Shown here piece after piece: positions 12,113-25,827 of a stretch of DNA of 64,000 nucleotides. Source of the stretch: Trichoplax adhaerens (taxonomy: Eukaryota; Animalia; Placozoa); the NCBI RefSeq assembly GCF_000150275.1, contig NW_002060944.1, positions 1,784,911 to 1,848,910 on the forward strand, written 5' to 3'. Both the position numbers and the translations under genes were made by a program. Every line of letters starts with the position of its first letter. The stretch's first letter is position 1. The notes beneath the pieces were generated by a model. It was not told where the DNA came from, did no database searches, and saw nothing but the letters and a program-made list of their open reading frames with translations.

Positions 12113-15100
12113 ATGAATTTTTCTCGTACACCTCAAGATAGCACGGCTGTTATCCGATTTGTGGAAGGCTTCGACGGGTTTTTGAACAGTGAAGGAAAGT
12201 CTCCAATTTCGCAGCCTTCTCAACACTTACCAACAGTAGTTAGTGATGATAGCATGTGCAGTGGCAACACTGATATTTCGTCTCACATATTGGATAGTAA
12301 ATTTAATAATTCCTCTGTGAATGATATCAAAGTTAAGAGGTCAATAGGTAAGTCCAAATGTTCAGTAAATTCTCTTTCTGCTGTGAAAGGTTATAATTAT
12401 TATTGTTTACACTGTTCGTTTACGACTTCGTTTATACGTAATAATGCAAGCAAGATATTGACACAGGTATAAGTATACGTCTTGTAATTATGGCTCTTTC
12501 ATCGCATACGTGTCACTATTCTATTATATAGATACGTTGTGCTACCTCTGAAATTAAAGTAAATAAAATAACAGCGCTTTTACTCGTCAGATATGACCTA
12601 AAAATTAGATGTACAGTACGATTTGGATATACGCGTATACCGTTATTAGAGTAATAAAGAATGATTTTATATTATTAAATCTAATTCAGTCTTTCAGCTA
12701 CATACGCGTACATATTAAAATTCACAGTATAATAACCGTACGGTACTTTTACGCAAAATAGCACGAACAAGACATTTTCCTAGTAAATTATAAATAAAGT
12801 AGTGAAAGTAAAGTAGAGTTTAGGGCTTCGTCCGTTAAAAAATATACGCGTACTGTACGTAGACTACTGAAGTAAATTATTAAAAGTAGAACACAGTACG
12901 GTACTAATGCAAACTGAAATATTCTACTCTGCAAACAAGTACTGTATGCAAAGTATCATGAGCATGGGTTCAACTTGTAATAATACACAACAACCGCGAT
13001 GAAAATCCCCAAGAGGTTTCTCATCTGTTGAGATACACATGCATGTCTGTAACGTATATCACATACTTAAGTATGTATTACATGCATATACTTTACGCTG
13101 TCACTTGAATATTTCATACTGATTAATTTGATCAGAATTATAATGGCTTCGACGCAAAACTGAGATGGAAATTCCGAAACTCCCAAATCCGTTCCTTCCA
13201 TGTACTGTAATTATGACTTATCAATGAAATCTGACCTACTGTGTATTCTTTTTCAGATTTTGATAAATCAATCGAGATTTATCAACATAAATCGAAAATT
13301 GCTCGTTTGGAAAATCGTGTTGAGACTCTTGATGTGGAAGTCAAACGAGCCCGTATTGATACAAATGAAGAAATCAATGCAAGTCGTGCTGAGTTTTTAA
13401 ATCAACGTGAAAGTAAAGATGAACTTATGAGGTATAATATATGCTGTGTCAAATAAATATAAGAGTACATTACATAGCATCTACTAGATAGGGTTGGTTA
13501 GACTACGGCCAGTTTGAAGGTAATTATTTTTAGTTTGTATTGATTAAAGGAAGCCATCAGACGAAATTCTATATGTAGATTAGCAACGAGAATAATGGAA
13601 TTAATTAGCAATTATGACAGTGTTCCCTATATCTAAAAGTTTTGCATTCTATGCTGTACTTAGTTGTAAAAGTTAGAACTCTATCTGGAGCGCATAGTAA
13701 GTATTCGAACTGGAATAGTGCGTCTATCATATACAATATTTATTTATAAGGAATTGGGTTTCCATGACGTACTACTGTGTACTATTTATAATAAGCATCA
13801 GTTTTCCAACTCGTAGTATGCAACTGGAATGTATCTGCATTTCGAAACTCTTTCTTCATCCTTCAACTGTACTTTAAGCGCTAATTTTTCATGTAGGTTC
13901 TGCGGAACGAAGTGAAATTTGAGAACTTTCAATCAAAATACAGTATATTACAGCTTATAAATTTATTACCATGTATCGCATGTATAGATGATTTTGGACT
14001 ACAGTAGAAGAGATATTTAAACGTGAATTGCCTTAAAATTTCACTTTTACCTTCTAGTAACAGGCTGTTACCGCATATAACGCAAATAGTGCTATGAATG
14101 CTTCCTTCTGTGATATATAATATGGTCCATTTATATATTTAGGCGTTTAAAGCTTGTAGCTGAGCGTGAAAAATCCAATCATGAACAATTAAATGAATAT
14201 CGTATCAAAGTCGATCAAATGAAATCCAACTCAGAAAAGAAAATTGAGCAATTCATTGACGACAAAATTAAAGCCTCCGAGCAATTTGCAGAAGTACAGC
14301 TATAATTTGATAGAAATGCATTTACGAAATTGCAGTTTTAATACATGAGTTGCTTTAAATTATGTTCGAAATGATCTGAGGATACTTTATAGAAGTATCA
14401 ATGCAAATTACTTCGTATTATTGTTAACAGTAGGGTTCCATTGCTATGAGTTTAATTTAATTCCATCGGATGACACACTGAATCTATCTTATGTACTCTC
14501 CATTTTGTTAAATTATGTCGTATCTCTCTCTCTTATGAGTATAGTTACATGATGATAGTACGTACAGTATTGCGTTAGATCTAGGAGTTAATGGGCAACA
14601 GTTACGATTATAATCCTTGAACATTAACTCTTTAATAAGCTGTGATTTGCACCTCGTACAATATAGGAAGTGGCCAAATTACGGTCTGAAGCCAACATCG
14701 TTAAGGAAAAACTGCAAAAGTATGTGGCTATACGAAATTGATAGTTTGATATAATTTTCAATATACGAAATAAGAGCTGTAACTGTAAACTAATTGCAGG
14801 AGTGATTCAGAGATTGTGAAACTACAACATCTTTTAAAAGAGTCAGAATCAAGATTAAACCAACACGAGAAGTAAGCGATAGTAATGATACTGTAGTATA
14901 CTGTACTAAGCTGCTGTGATTCCGATACATGGTTAACCCAGTTATTTTGCAATTACTCCTATGTACCGGTATTCAGTTTACTTGAAAAATACAAGGAACA
15001 AGGCAAAGAATTGGATTGCTATAAGATGAAGGCCACCAAAGCAGATTTGAGGATTTCAGTAAGTAATAATGATTACGATCAAAAACGACTTGAACGTAAC

Positions 15101-18100
15101 ATACGCGCATTGCAATAGTACTGCAGTTCTAGTGCCGCGACGTTGAGCCTTTACGTATTAGGTGCCATATTTCACATTACTTCCATACCGTACTAGGCTG
15201 CAATTGAAACTGCAATAAATATAAGCTTTTTTAAAACGTTAAAACGAAATGTATTGGGCTAAATGTCCTATTTGTAATCAATATTTGACTGCACTATTTT
15301 TTATAACTTTAGGTACTTGAAATTGAAAACGACAAGTTAAGAACAGAGAAATCATTATCTAATACATCTGAAACTTTCTTAGGCAAAATAAAGGAACTTG
15401 AAGAGAGCTGTATGATATTGCGCGAAGAAAATCGACGCCTTATGTAAATTAAAAAACGATCGTAATTTACGAAAACGATCGATAGTAAATCGATTTTACG
15501 AATTGCGTTACTACTAATGAATCTATGATATTTTAATTGTCTGACAGTCAGAATAAGAGAAACAGTATGCTGCAAACGGAAGAAATTGAAAATCTTAAAA
15601 ACAAATTAGCAAGGATTGAACCACTTCGATTGGAGAATGCTGAATTAAAATCTCGTATTGAAGTATTACCTGAGCATTTTCATATTTCACATCGCTGATA
15701 TCTTGAATTATACGCGTACTTGCTAGTACATGTTTAATAAATGTGTTTATAGAAAATATAAATACATTTTTTCTTATTTGCAATATTTTGTCAAAACCTG
15801 CGTTTCTCTATTTTTGTCAGGAATACATGGCTGCGTTTAGTAAATGGAAAGCCATCGACGAGAACAGTAAACCAATGTAAGCGTAAACAAATTAATAACC
15901 ATTATGGTCAAGCTATGTACTAGCTTATTTATTATTACAGAATTTCGTATCTACATGTACATTTTTCTTTCATAAGATCCCCTGATTGTCTTATTGGAAC
16001 TGTAAGCGATCTACGGCGTAAAAATTCTTTGTTGCTGGAATCGAACGGAGAACTCAATAGCAAGTCTGTTATTATCTCATTGACTGATTAAGACACTTAA
16101 AGCCGTAAATCTAAATATAGTCTATCTACAGGGCTAGTCAGCAAAATACTGCATACGAAGCGTTAGTTACTAAATTAGCTACTGCTCAAAAGGACTTACT
16201 TGCTTTCAAGGTATTGCGCAAAATTTTAAAATATGTCTACATTCAAGCTCTTAAGTCTTGTTAAACAGTGCTAAAATCTTTAGGAAAAGGTTGAACTACA
16301 AGCTGAGTCCATAAAGCGATTAGAGAAAAGACTGTTATTCGTGACGAAAGTATGCAGAATTTATTAGGGCAATATAACTTCCTTAAAATATATTAAATAT
16401 AATACCCTGATACTTGAAGTCAATTTTTTGTACCATTAAGGAAAGAGATGGTATAAGGAATGTGCTGAATAGCTTTAATGCGGATGATATCTGCGACCAA
16501 GCTGCTTCTCAACTACTCAAGGTTGGTTGATCTTAAATGTTCATTTCAAGTGTAATTTGATAATAGACTATCCAGCTACCTGAACTAATATTACCATACA
16601 GACAGAAAAAGACTTAGAAGCTTGCTATAAGCGTATCGAACAGTTGGAGGTATGTTCGATGCTGCCACATTAAATAGTTCAATACATAGTAATATTAATT
16701 ATTGAAATGCATCAATTTGAAGAATACGATACTTTCGAGGTATTGGTGTGCTTAACACGGTCATTGCGTAATGATTTCATGAATACCCTTTACTACAGGC
16801 AGAAGTTGAAAGTCAGAGGACTTTAAGAAGAATTGATAACAGAGATCTTAAAGAGGTACTGTTCTTGTTCCTAATCTTAGCTTCGGAAATACACAAATCT
16901 TATTTCGGTAATTATAATTTTAGAGAACAGTTCATCTGGAGACGAAGTCTCCAAGTAATACTAGTAGTACCGAGTACGATGCTTTGCGTGAGCCTTGGCG
17001 AAGTATTAGGTGAGCAAAGTTCATCGAATTGTAAGATAGTTTCATAATAATGTAATGTTATCTCAAACATTTACAAGCAGGGAGCGGCTAGCAATCTTGG
17101 AAAGGGAAAAGGTCGAGTGGTTAGAAGAAAAAGAAAGCTATGAAGGAATAAAAGAAAAGAAGCACTTGCAGGTATATTCACAGCTACATAGTATAATTTA
17201 GAATTAGGTTAAATTATTAACCATGTTAGTGACTATTGTTATTTGTACTTGACTGTCTCAATAATTATGAAATTATAGGGCTACTATGATCCATTAACAA
17301 CCAAAATTATACACTTCCGCAACAACCCTGCTTTTTTAGCTGCTGAAAATCGAAAACTGGTATTACAACAGCTACGACGCGAATGTGACCGTTTGAAAGA
17401 AATCATTCTGGGGTCTGAATCTTCGAACCCTTCTAACTTAAAAATTTTACAGAAAGAGATACGAGGTATATATTGATATAGTTTTTTTGGCTTTAAAAAT
17501 CCTTGACGGAATACACGTTTAATTTGAGCGAAATCTTCTCAATTACAACTTAACTGGAAAATTCTTATATGGTCGTATGTGTACGTTAGAGTTACGTGAA
17601 CAACTAGCTAATGCAGAAAAATTTAATCAGCGCTTAAAAGAGGTTGGTGCATAACTCCTTATAAACTATTACTGTATTCTACGAGCTAAAACTTCTACCA
17701 TGTTTTAGAGAATATAATTCGTAATAACCCGCATTTTTCATTATTACATACCTTAGATAGTTAGAGAAAAGATAAAAGTATTTCGTGAAGCGTGCTATAT
17801 CTTGACTGGCTATAGAATTGATGATATAGGCGAAAATAGATACAAATTACAATCTATTTATGCGGAACATCCTGGCGATTACCTCATTTTTAGTGTACGA
17901 TGTTATTCTTCTTGACGTTTTTATTATTCAATTTTTAAAAAGTTGCGGACTATTGTCTAATGATTTCTCATGCCTTATCGTCTATAGATTGCAACTGGAG
18001 GGAAAGTTAATCTGCTAGAAACAGATTTTTTGAATACTATCGCTGACTTGCTAGACAAATATGTTTCTGCCTATAACGCTATTCCAGCACTATTAAGTGC

Positions 18101-18161
18101 TGTTACTATGCAGCTATTTAATTTACAAACTATACAGTTGACATCATCTGATGCGTTGTAA
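12113..18161 (+). CDS. MAD1L1: Mitotic spindle assembly checkpoint protein MAD1 (many short exons)
   Basis: Long coiled-coil exons, including IKRLEKRLLFVTK|ERDGIRNVLNSF, the Mad2-binding-motif region GYYDPLTTKIIHFRNNP, the RLK motif (NQRLKE), and C-terminal FREACYILTGYRID...YKLQSIYAE...IPALLSAVTMQLF. Stop at 18159-18161. Confidence 0.93.
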
Positions 18162-18782
18162 CTTACTCTTGTTTAAGCACGTTTTGAATTAAGTTAATTG
18201 CAACATTACATCATTGGTGATACTAATTTTATTATTACGGTTATCAGTCTAAAATAAAATCGATGTTGGCTTATACATGATAGCAATTTCTATTCATACT
18301 ACATTAAAACTGTCACTTGGCTTCGGCATACGATTTATACATTTTTGCAATCTATTCGAATTGCACATTGAAGTAAATGCTTTACTACATACTTCTTTCT
18401 AAAAGATTCATAAGTCCCTACAGAAATACCACTTAATAATGCAATATATATATAATATGTCTGATGCAAGGTGCCATACATCCTACATATAACCAATTTA
18501 CAAATACAAAGCGCTGTATTACATAACCTTTGACGTACACAGCTAGTACTATAAATTGTATGTTTGAGTTACTATAAAACTAGCGTTTTAATCTTTTATA
18601 ATTTCGTCAGGATTAGTTTTACAAGTCTATGCTCCATAAAGGAACATGTTATCTTATTTATAACCGGGTCAGTACGATATGCCGTATTGTCAGATAATAC
18701 CGTATAGAAATAATTGATTATCACTTATTGTCGATAGATCAGCCTTTATACTTACACATTCGATAAAAAAAATCTAAACTCG

Positions 18783-21700
18783 TTAAGCAGATACATCAAA
18801 AAATGTGCTAAGAGCATTTACCAAATCTTGTACTGAATACTTTACGTATTTGTCGCGATTCTTGGTAAACTGGCTATTCCCGTGCCTATTTTAATGAAAA
18901 TTGTACATGAGAGAGTTGAATGAAGGTGGTGATGTAATAAATTACACTAAATCCAATAAAAGTTTCCGATAAGATTTGTACGTACTTTTGGAGAAATGCC
19001 TCATATAATGGTACGACAGTATCAATATTTTCCTTTCTTATGTTGTTCCGCAACTGTTCATCAGGTATTGAATAATGCTGCTGAATCCTCTGAACTTCTT
19101 CGAAACCGGTATTAAAGGCCTATCGTGAATACATACACTTAGTTATTAATGCCGTAACGGTTATTGCGATGAAATCTGACTATCCATGAAAAGTTGTAAT
19201 GCCAATAATTTACCTTAAAACGATCTTTTATTATTTGTCGTGATCCTCTACTCATCTACAAATACAGTTATGCTAAATCTTAGAAATGGCGATTTAATTT
19301 CCTTTGAATAGCTGCAGAAAATACGCAAAAGTATAAACTTGACAAAGAATAAAGACTTATAAATTCAAAATATACCTTTGAATCATCCGAACCGCTATGG
19401 TAAGATTTATTTTCTTCAATTAGATTTTGAATAATCTTATTCCAACTGATTTAGGAAAAAATTAACCCCAATGTATTTCTTTTTCTTACTGAATGTTGTA
19501 CTATGTGAGTATTTGTATAAGTTAGTAACAAATTATTTGGCCTACCATTTCTGATAACTGTGTTGTTGATTAGCAATGAGCGCTTTGTAGTGTTCTTCAA
19601 GCGTAATTTCGCCATCTAATGCGTTTATCCACTCAATAAGACCAGATCTAATAGACAGAATTTAAAGGTTCAGATATCACATTAATGGCTAAAATCTTTA
19701 AGCAAGGAATGGGATTGACCTTTCTAAGGATTTTATTATATGATGGTAGTTGTTCATCAAGAATATGCTTTGCAAAGCCACATTTTCGTAACACTTGGCT
19801 TTCCTTTCTAAATTAAGACCTAATGCTCCGAGAACTCTGGCTGCAATAGCAGACAGAAAATGCGAAATATCCCTTATGAAACTGATTACGGCTGTAAATA
19901 TCGCTAAAAAGAGCTTTCAACCTATATACGATCCAAGAATAGTCTTGCATTGTCCGTGCCCAAGCTCTTGAGATAATGGTGCAGCAGAATCCGTCGCTAT
20001 AGGCATTATATAAAACATTTCAGTTCCATTTGCAAAAAAATTTGCAAAATAAACGCGGAAGGCACTGCACAGGACATCTTTTGATACGGTCTTGTAACTA
20101 CAGATACTTGCAAAAATACTGCTTTTTACAGACAAATCATTATATAGTAATGTAATACTCACTCTGATAATTGAGCATATCCCCAGCAATCTCTGAATAT
20201 TCCATGAGATGTTCCATGAATATTATCGTCTATTAAAGAGTATCAAAAAGTAATCAGTTATACTTCGAATATTTATATTGCTATAATATACGTATGAACT
20301 TGCAATATGAACGATAATGATGAAAATAAATCTCACATTGCTAGTAAGCTCATGGACGGTGCCATCCTTTGGTAGATTCGATTGTTTATCCGGATCGTTC
20401 TGAAAAGTTTTACACACGTAATTTGAAGTAGGGACTGCTGATTTTTTATTCGTACGATAGCAAATCAAATTATTACTGCATTATACCTTTATACTAGCAG
20501 TAAATTCCTCCAGACCTTTACCACCCTAATTACCAGAAGCAAACCTACATCAACTAAATAAATTGGTATTCCATGTAATGATCAATACTTACTGCCTCTT
20601 TGAAACTAGAAATCAAACTTTTTAACTTCATGCGAGCTGAGTTTGGAAGAGCCTACAAAATAATGGAAGTCATTGCAGTTTCATTCCCGTATTAAATCAT
20701 GCTAAATGTCCCACTGACCTTAAAGATTGCTTCATAATCGGAAGCCATATTTCTAAAGTGTCTTAATATTGGGCACGTATGCAAGATTGATGCGTATTCA
20801 TTCTTGGATATGCATACCTTCCTCACCGACGTAACTATTTTCTGACAAACATCCATTTCTATTATGTAATTGGCAATTTAATAGCATAATTACGTTGTAC
20901 AATACCTCGCCTTCTCCACAAATGAAAATCAATGCCTTTTTCAGCAGACTTGAGAAGGCTAAGCTCCAGTATTTATTTGGTAAAACTGACTTCGTCAATT
21001 CCATTTCGGTCTAAAATAGCAGGAGATTGATTCAATTCCGTGAAATTATCTAAACATGGTAACTACTTTATCACAATTACCTGTGACAATTTCACAAATG
21101 CAATGCATAGTAGCGGAAAGATATACGCTTGCTCTAGATTTCTGCATGAGATCGAAGCAACAACAAAAATAAATAAAACAAGAGACACCATTTATATCAG
21201 AAACATTTCAATATTACACAGAATCTTCAGCTCCCGCTCCGGTACCTTCTGAAGACAGTACGGTTGAATTCTTACGTATGGCTAGATTGATATCAATAGC
21301 TTAGCATTTTATAAATGTAGTTGTTCCACTTAAACCGATTTTGATATCAGCTAATGAAATAAAATTAACAAATGTGTAGGTTTATCTACCTGGCGATTGT
21401 ATAAACGCAGATGAGGGCATTCTTTTTAATCTAGCATAAAAAAACTTGCAATTACACGCTTGAAGAATGAAGGAAGCAAAATCGGTGACTATTTCTTACT
21501 CCTTGCGTTTCCCTGATGATTTATGCTTTTTTTTGCTTTCAGCTTCAATAGTCACTAATTTATGGATATATGAAAACGCAATTATTTATTATAGAAACTT
21601 AACCTACATAAATCTCAAGAATTTTTTCTTAATACTGACGCGAATTAAGTTTCTTGTTTTGTCCTGCCTGTGTTATTAAAATAAAATTTTAGATCTTAAA

Positions 21701-24700
21701 AATCACTTGCAATAATGACTACAAATGCTATGTAAAATCAATTTACGATGCTACTTACGACAGTCGATACCGTAATGGTAACACTTGTAGCTTTATGAAT
21801 ATGGTCCTTTAATCTGATCGCGAAATGGTATAAATATCATTAACAAATATATCGGACAAAGCACTACTAAATAAAATCGTCTGTCTACACATTACACAGT
21901 CAATGAACGCTCGAATATATCCGATCTGACTTGGGAATAGGCTTCGACAAAACCTAAAAATAGGCACTACCTAAATAAATGTTATCTATTATAATATACT
22001 AACGCTTAAAAAGCTTTTGTTTGTACCTTCATTACTAGCGACCTCTGATAGCCAATTAGCGATAAGCCTCAATTTATCTAAAGCAGATTCTGATAAGTTG
22101 CAAGAAATGAATGTTTAGTTTGTTCAAGATTTCTATTGCTTATTTTTTACTTAATTCTAAATATGACAACTTTAAAGGCAAAGTGACGTTAGGTAATTAC
22201 TAAGTCCTTACCACATATATGTTCAATTGCAAGTTCAGGCACCGCATCGATGCTGTTAGTTGATGTTAGAGAATTCAGTGATCCATGCGAACTGAGGGAT
22301 ATTGCATCTGCGGGTGATCGTAAAGAAAATCGGTTATTTGATTTTACAGTTAACCAATGAATTTTAGAATGCGTAAATCAATTTACCTAAGTCGTAATGA
22401 CTATTTATTATCTCCTGCAATTTTGCAGGCGCTACTGGTTTACAATTATGCATCAATATGACACGAAATTCTCGATTAAGATAATCAGCACCTTCAATAA
22501 ATAATGATTTCTATAGAAAAATTTAATGAAAGAATAAAAATGCTTCTTTATATTGAGATCAAGGAATTTATTCTATTGACGTTCCAATCTAAATGTAGGA
22601 GAGTGTTATGCAGTAGTAGAAAATGCAGAAAATTTCTTATTTATTACTGTACATAATGGCATACACATTTTTCCAAATCGTGGCTTCCCGGTTTGCTTTT
22701 CATGAAAAATTCGACACATTTTCGTAACTTTTCCAAGCTTCTCAAGTAGCTATCTATGTTGTCGGATGGCCTATAGAAAGCCAATAATATTAGTTAATTT
22801 TAAATCATTGATTCACAGTATTAATAATTATATACGGTCATATACACAATTTCATATTAGGGTTACACTATCGTAATTTTCAACAGTAGTATAGAGCGGA
22901 GCAACATTTCCTTTTAGATCTAAGTAAGAAATTCCTCTTTAAATCGATAACTTTGGAGTACATAATTTTACCCCCTCTTAACGTTATTTTCTTCTTCTTC
23001 TGGAATTTGATGTATACTGATAAGCTTATCAGTCATGGTTGACGCCTTTTCAATATCTTACTGCTGGTTAAGGTTGATCAACACATACAAATCTAGTATT
23101 TCTCGTATATTTAGGTCATTAAAGTTACATACTTATGCCCTTCGTAAACATATTAACTGCAGTAAAAGTTATATTCAAACAAATGGTAATGATACTCTCC
23201 TGCAGTAAAGTAAGATGTTCTGTTTCTTGATGAACTGGTGTTATTGCTTCCTCAAGTTTATGAAGGCGGCTTTCCATCGAAGTAAGGATGGTTATCTACA
23301 ATATACAGTATAGTATTGTTATTACAATGAATGTTGTATTATATTAAATTCTAAAATTATAAATACCATTCTGAGAAAAATTCAGATATGTGTAATTATA
23401 GACAATCGAAAAGATGAGATAGTAGTAAACAGTATATATAAAATTGTTGCTATTCATATAAATACTAATTTAGATCCTTCGAATCCAAGATGTAACATTA
23501 CATTAACAAATAAATCTAATAGAGGTCGATATTAGCAAAGGATAAGATATTTTCTATTTATGCTGCATTTACTAGCTACTAATAGTTTCTATATTTTATT
23601 TTTTAGTCTAATTTTTTCAATTGGTGTGATTTACTATATGAAAATTATTTCTGAAATGCCTCCAGTTTACTTCTTACAAAAAGATTTCATATCTTACCAT
23701 TCCAAAAGTCAGTTGTTCACTTTTACTAAGACTTTCCTTTAAAAGCGATAATCCATCTTCTTCCTGTTCAATGGAATCATGCAATAATACAATAATAATT
23801 ACCCTTGCAGATGTATGCTGCCAGCGAATAAAATATAACAAGTAACACAAATATCATGGCAGCATTAAACTATACATTACTGTATATTGCTATATGCAAG
23901 TTATCCTTTAGCTGTATTATTTTAAGTAATTAATTATCAATTCTTAATACAAAGTATTACCTTAAAATAACCTACATCATACCATTGATTTACAGTAATC
24001 TTACAAGCTAGGTGTATCTACTTGTATAATGATAACTAAAATATCGGAAAGAAGAAATCAATAATGGGGTACGGTAATATAATGCCTAGTGATCTGATCA
24101 ATTTGGAAATGGAAATGTTAAACTCCGATACAGTACACCAAAGGTAATTCAGATTCCCTAAAAATTAGGAAGTAGGAGTATCCCTACAGTGGATCACCAG
24201 CCGATAACTGATTGTAGTAGCTTATGAATTATATAGTTAAAATTTTTAGTTTTGGCTAGCATAAATTGCATTACTATGAATAACAATATTTCATTGCAGC
24301 CAGGATGGGACACCGTTAGCAATATCATTGTTACAGGCCTGATTACAGTACGATGTCAGGTGTAAATAATGTAATGATTATACCATTAAAAACGCTCAGA
24401 CTGAAAATCATATATCTGCATAATATATACCTATCACATTTTACTGTACCTTAACAGCAACATAAAACAAACATAAAATATAGCATGGATGTATTCGTTT
24501 TATCTCATAATAATACTACAGTATGCTACAATGCATAGCGCTGTAAATAAATGGTAGCAGTTGGTCTTCTAATGGAACTATTCAAATCCTATGTGAAAAG
24601 GACAGTACCTTATTCATACATGCGATTTGATAAAGTAAAATGTGACAGTATATGATTTTCTTTTCTTAATACTGATTAATTACAGGAGAGAATTGTCAAA

Positions 24701-25008
24701 GTATCTCATCATCAGATTTTTAAAATATTCCTTGACTGTCAAACGTCAAATTTGATCTCGATTTACAGTTAATGATTTTATTGTACCTTGTGCACTGACT
24801 ATAGTTATCTCTAATTTCAAAAGGATATTTACTGAGAGAATAAGCATTTTGTATAATACTATTTTACTCTAGTTAAATTTAAGATTTGTGGTATTCGTAG
24901 ATAGCGTTGCTGTATCAGCTGGCGTAGCAATAGCTCTCGAAAGGGGATTTGCCTAACCTGTTTTAATTTAATCTCTAGAGCTATTTTCTGGATAGAAATA
25001 TTCTCCAT
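18783..25008 (-). CDS. EXOC7: Exocyst complex component 7 (Exo70), multi-exon
   Basis: N-terminus MENISIQKIALEIKLKQ|EEDGLSLLKESLSKSEQLTFGM|ITILTSMESRLHKLEEAITPVHQETEHL; internal LPKDGTVHELTSN; C-terminus FTKNRDKYVKYSVQDLVNALSTFFDVSA*. All are Exo70 hallmarks. Confidence 0.95.
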
Positions 25009-25109
25009 CACAATGTTATGGATATTCCTGAATAAAGTTTAGAATGATAGCCAACGTTTAGTAGATACTAGAAATGCATCCGTATTCTATCGCTCGTCTA
25101 ATGATCAGC

Positions 25110-25531
25110 TGCAGTACTGTACAGTATTGCCTAAAGTAAAAAGAAATGAATAAAAAAGGACTATAAAGCAGGATTATGGCTATACTGTATTGTGGGCACA
25201 TCTGATCACGGTCTAGAACCAAACTGAGTACTGTACTGTACTGTACAGTATTACCTCGCCACACCCGAGAACCTGTAATTTACAGTACACAGTACAGTAT
25301 AGTAGTTGGCATGCTGTACTGTACAGTACGAAACAAACAACGCACAGTACATTATACTGTGGCTAACCGTACAGTATTGTACAGTACTGTACAGTACAGT
25401 ACTGTACAACAATTAGCTGAGATCATTACAGTAGCAGTACAGTACTGTACAGTACAGTACTGTACGTCTGAGTGAATGTACAGTACAGTACCGCTAGAGT
25501 TAGGTATGGTAGACTAGATACAGTACTGTAC
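25110..25531. repeat. GTAC[A/T] pentamer array 3, in the EXOC7/WBP11 divergent gap
   Basis: Examples: GTACAGTATTGTACAGTACTGTACAGTACAGTACTGTAC (~25369-25407) and CAGTACAGTACTGTACAGTACAGTACTGTAC (~25435-25465). Confidence 0.95.
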
Positions 25532-25827
25532 AAACGCGGCATTGATATTTCTCTTCTTCGTTAGCGCATTTCGATGCTCATCAGTTACTATAATTAATTA
25601 GATGTTAAGTTTTAAGTTCAATATTAATACGGCGCTTTCGTTTACTGAATAGCAGATCAAGATTGAGTAAAATTTATCACTGATACTCACGCTGCAGTTG
25701 AAGGGGCGTAATCTCGTAAGATTTCGTTAATTGTTAAATGTTCTGAACTCTAGCTGTTCCTTGAATGCATCTCTAGTAATTTCTTTAAATTAAGCAGCAG
25801 TAGTGAAAAATAGATCATACGAGTAAA

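Noticed and set aside
24819-24830. Other ATATCCTT words (minus strand ~24820-24829 and ~5726-5733; plus strand ~5066 and ~30103) as U12 donors
   Set aside because: They do not follow an open coding exon on the appropriate strand and are probably chance matches in AT-rich DNA.
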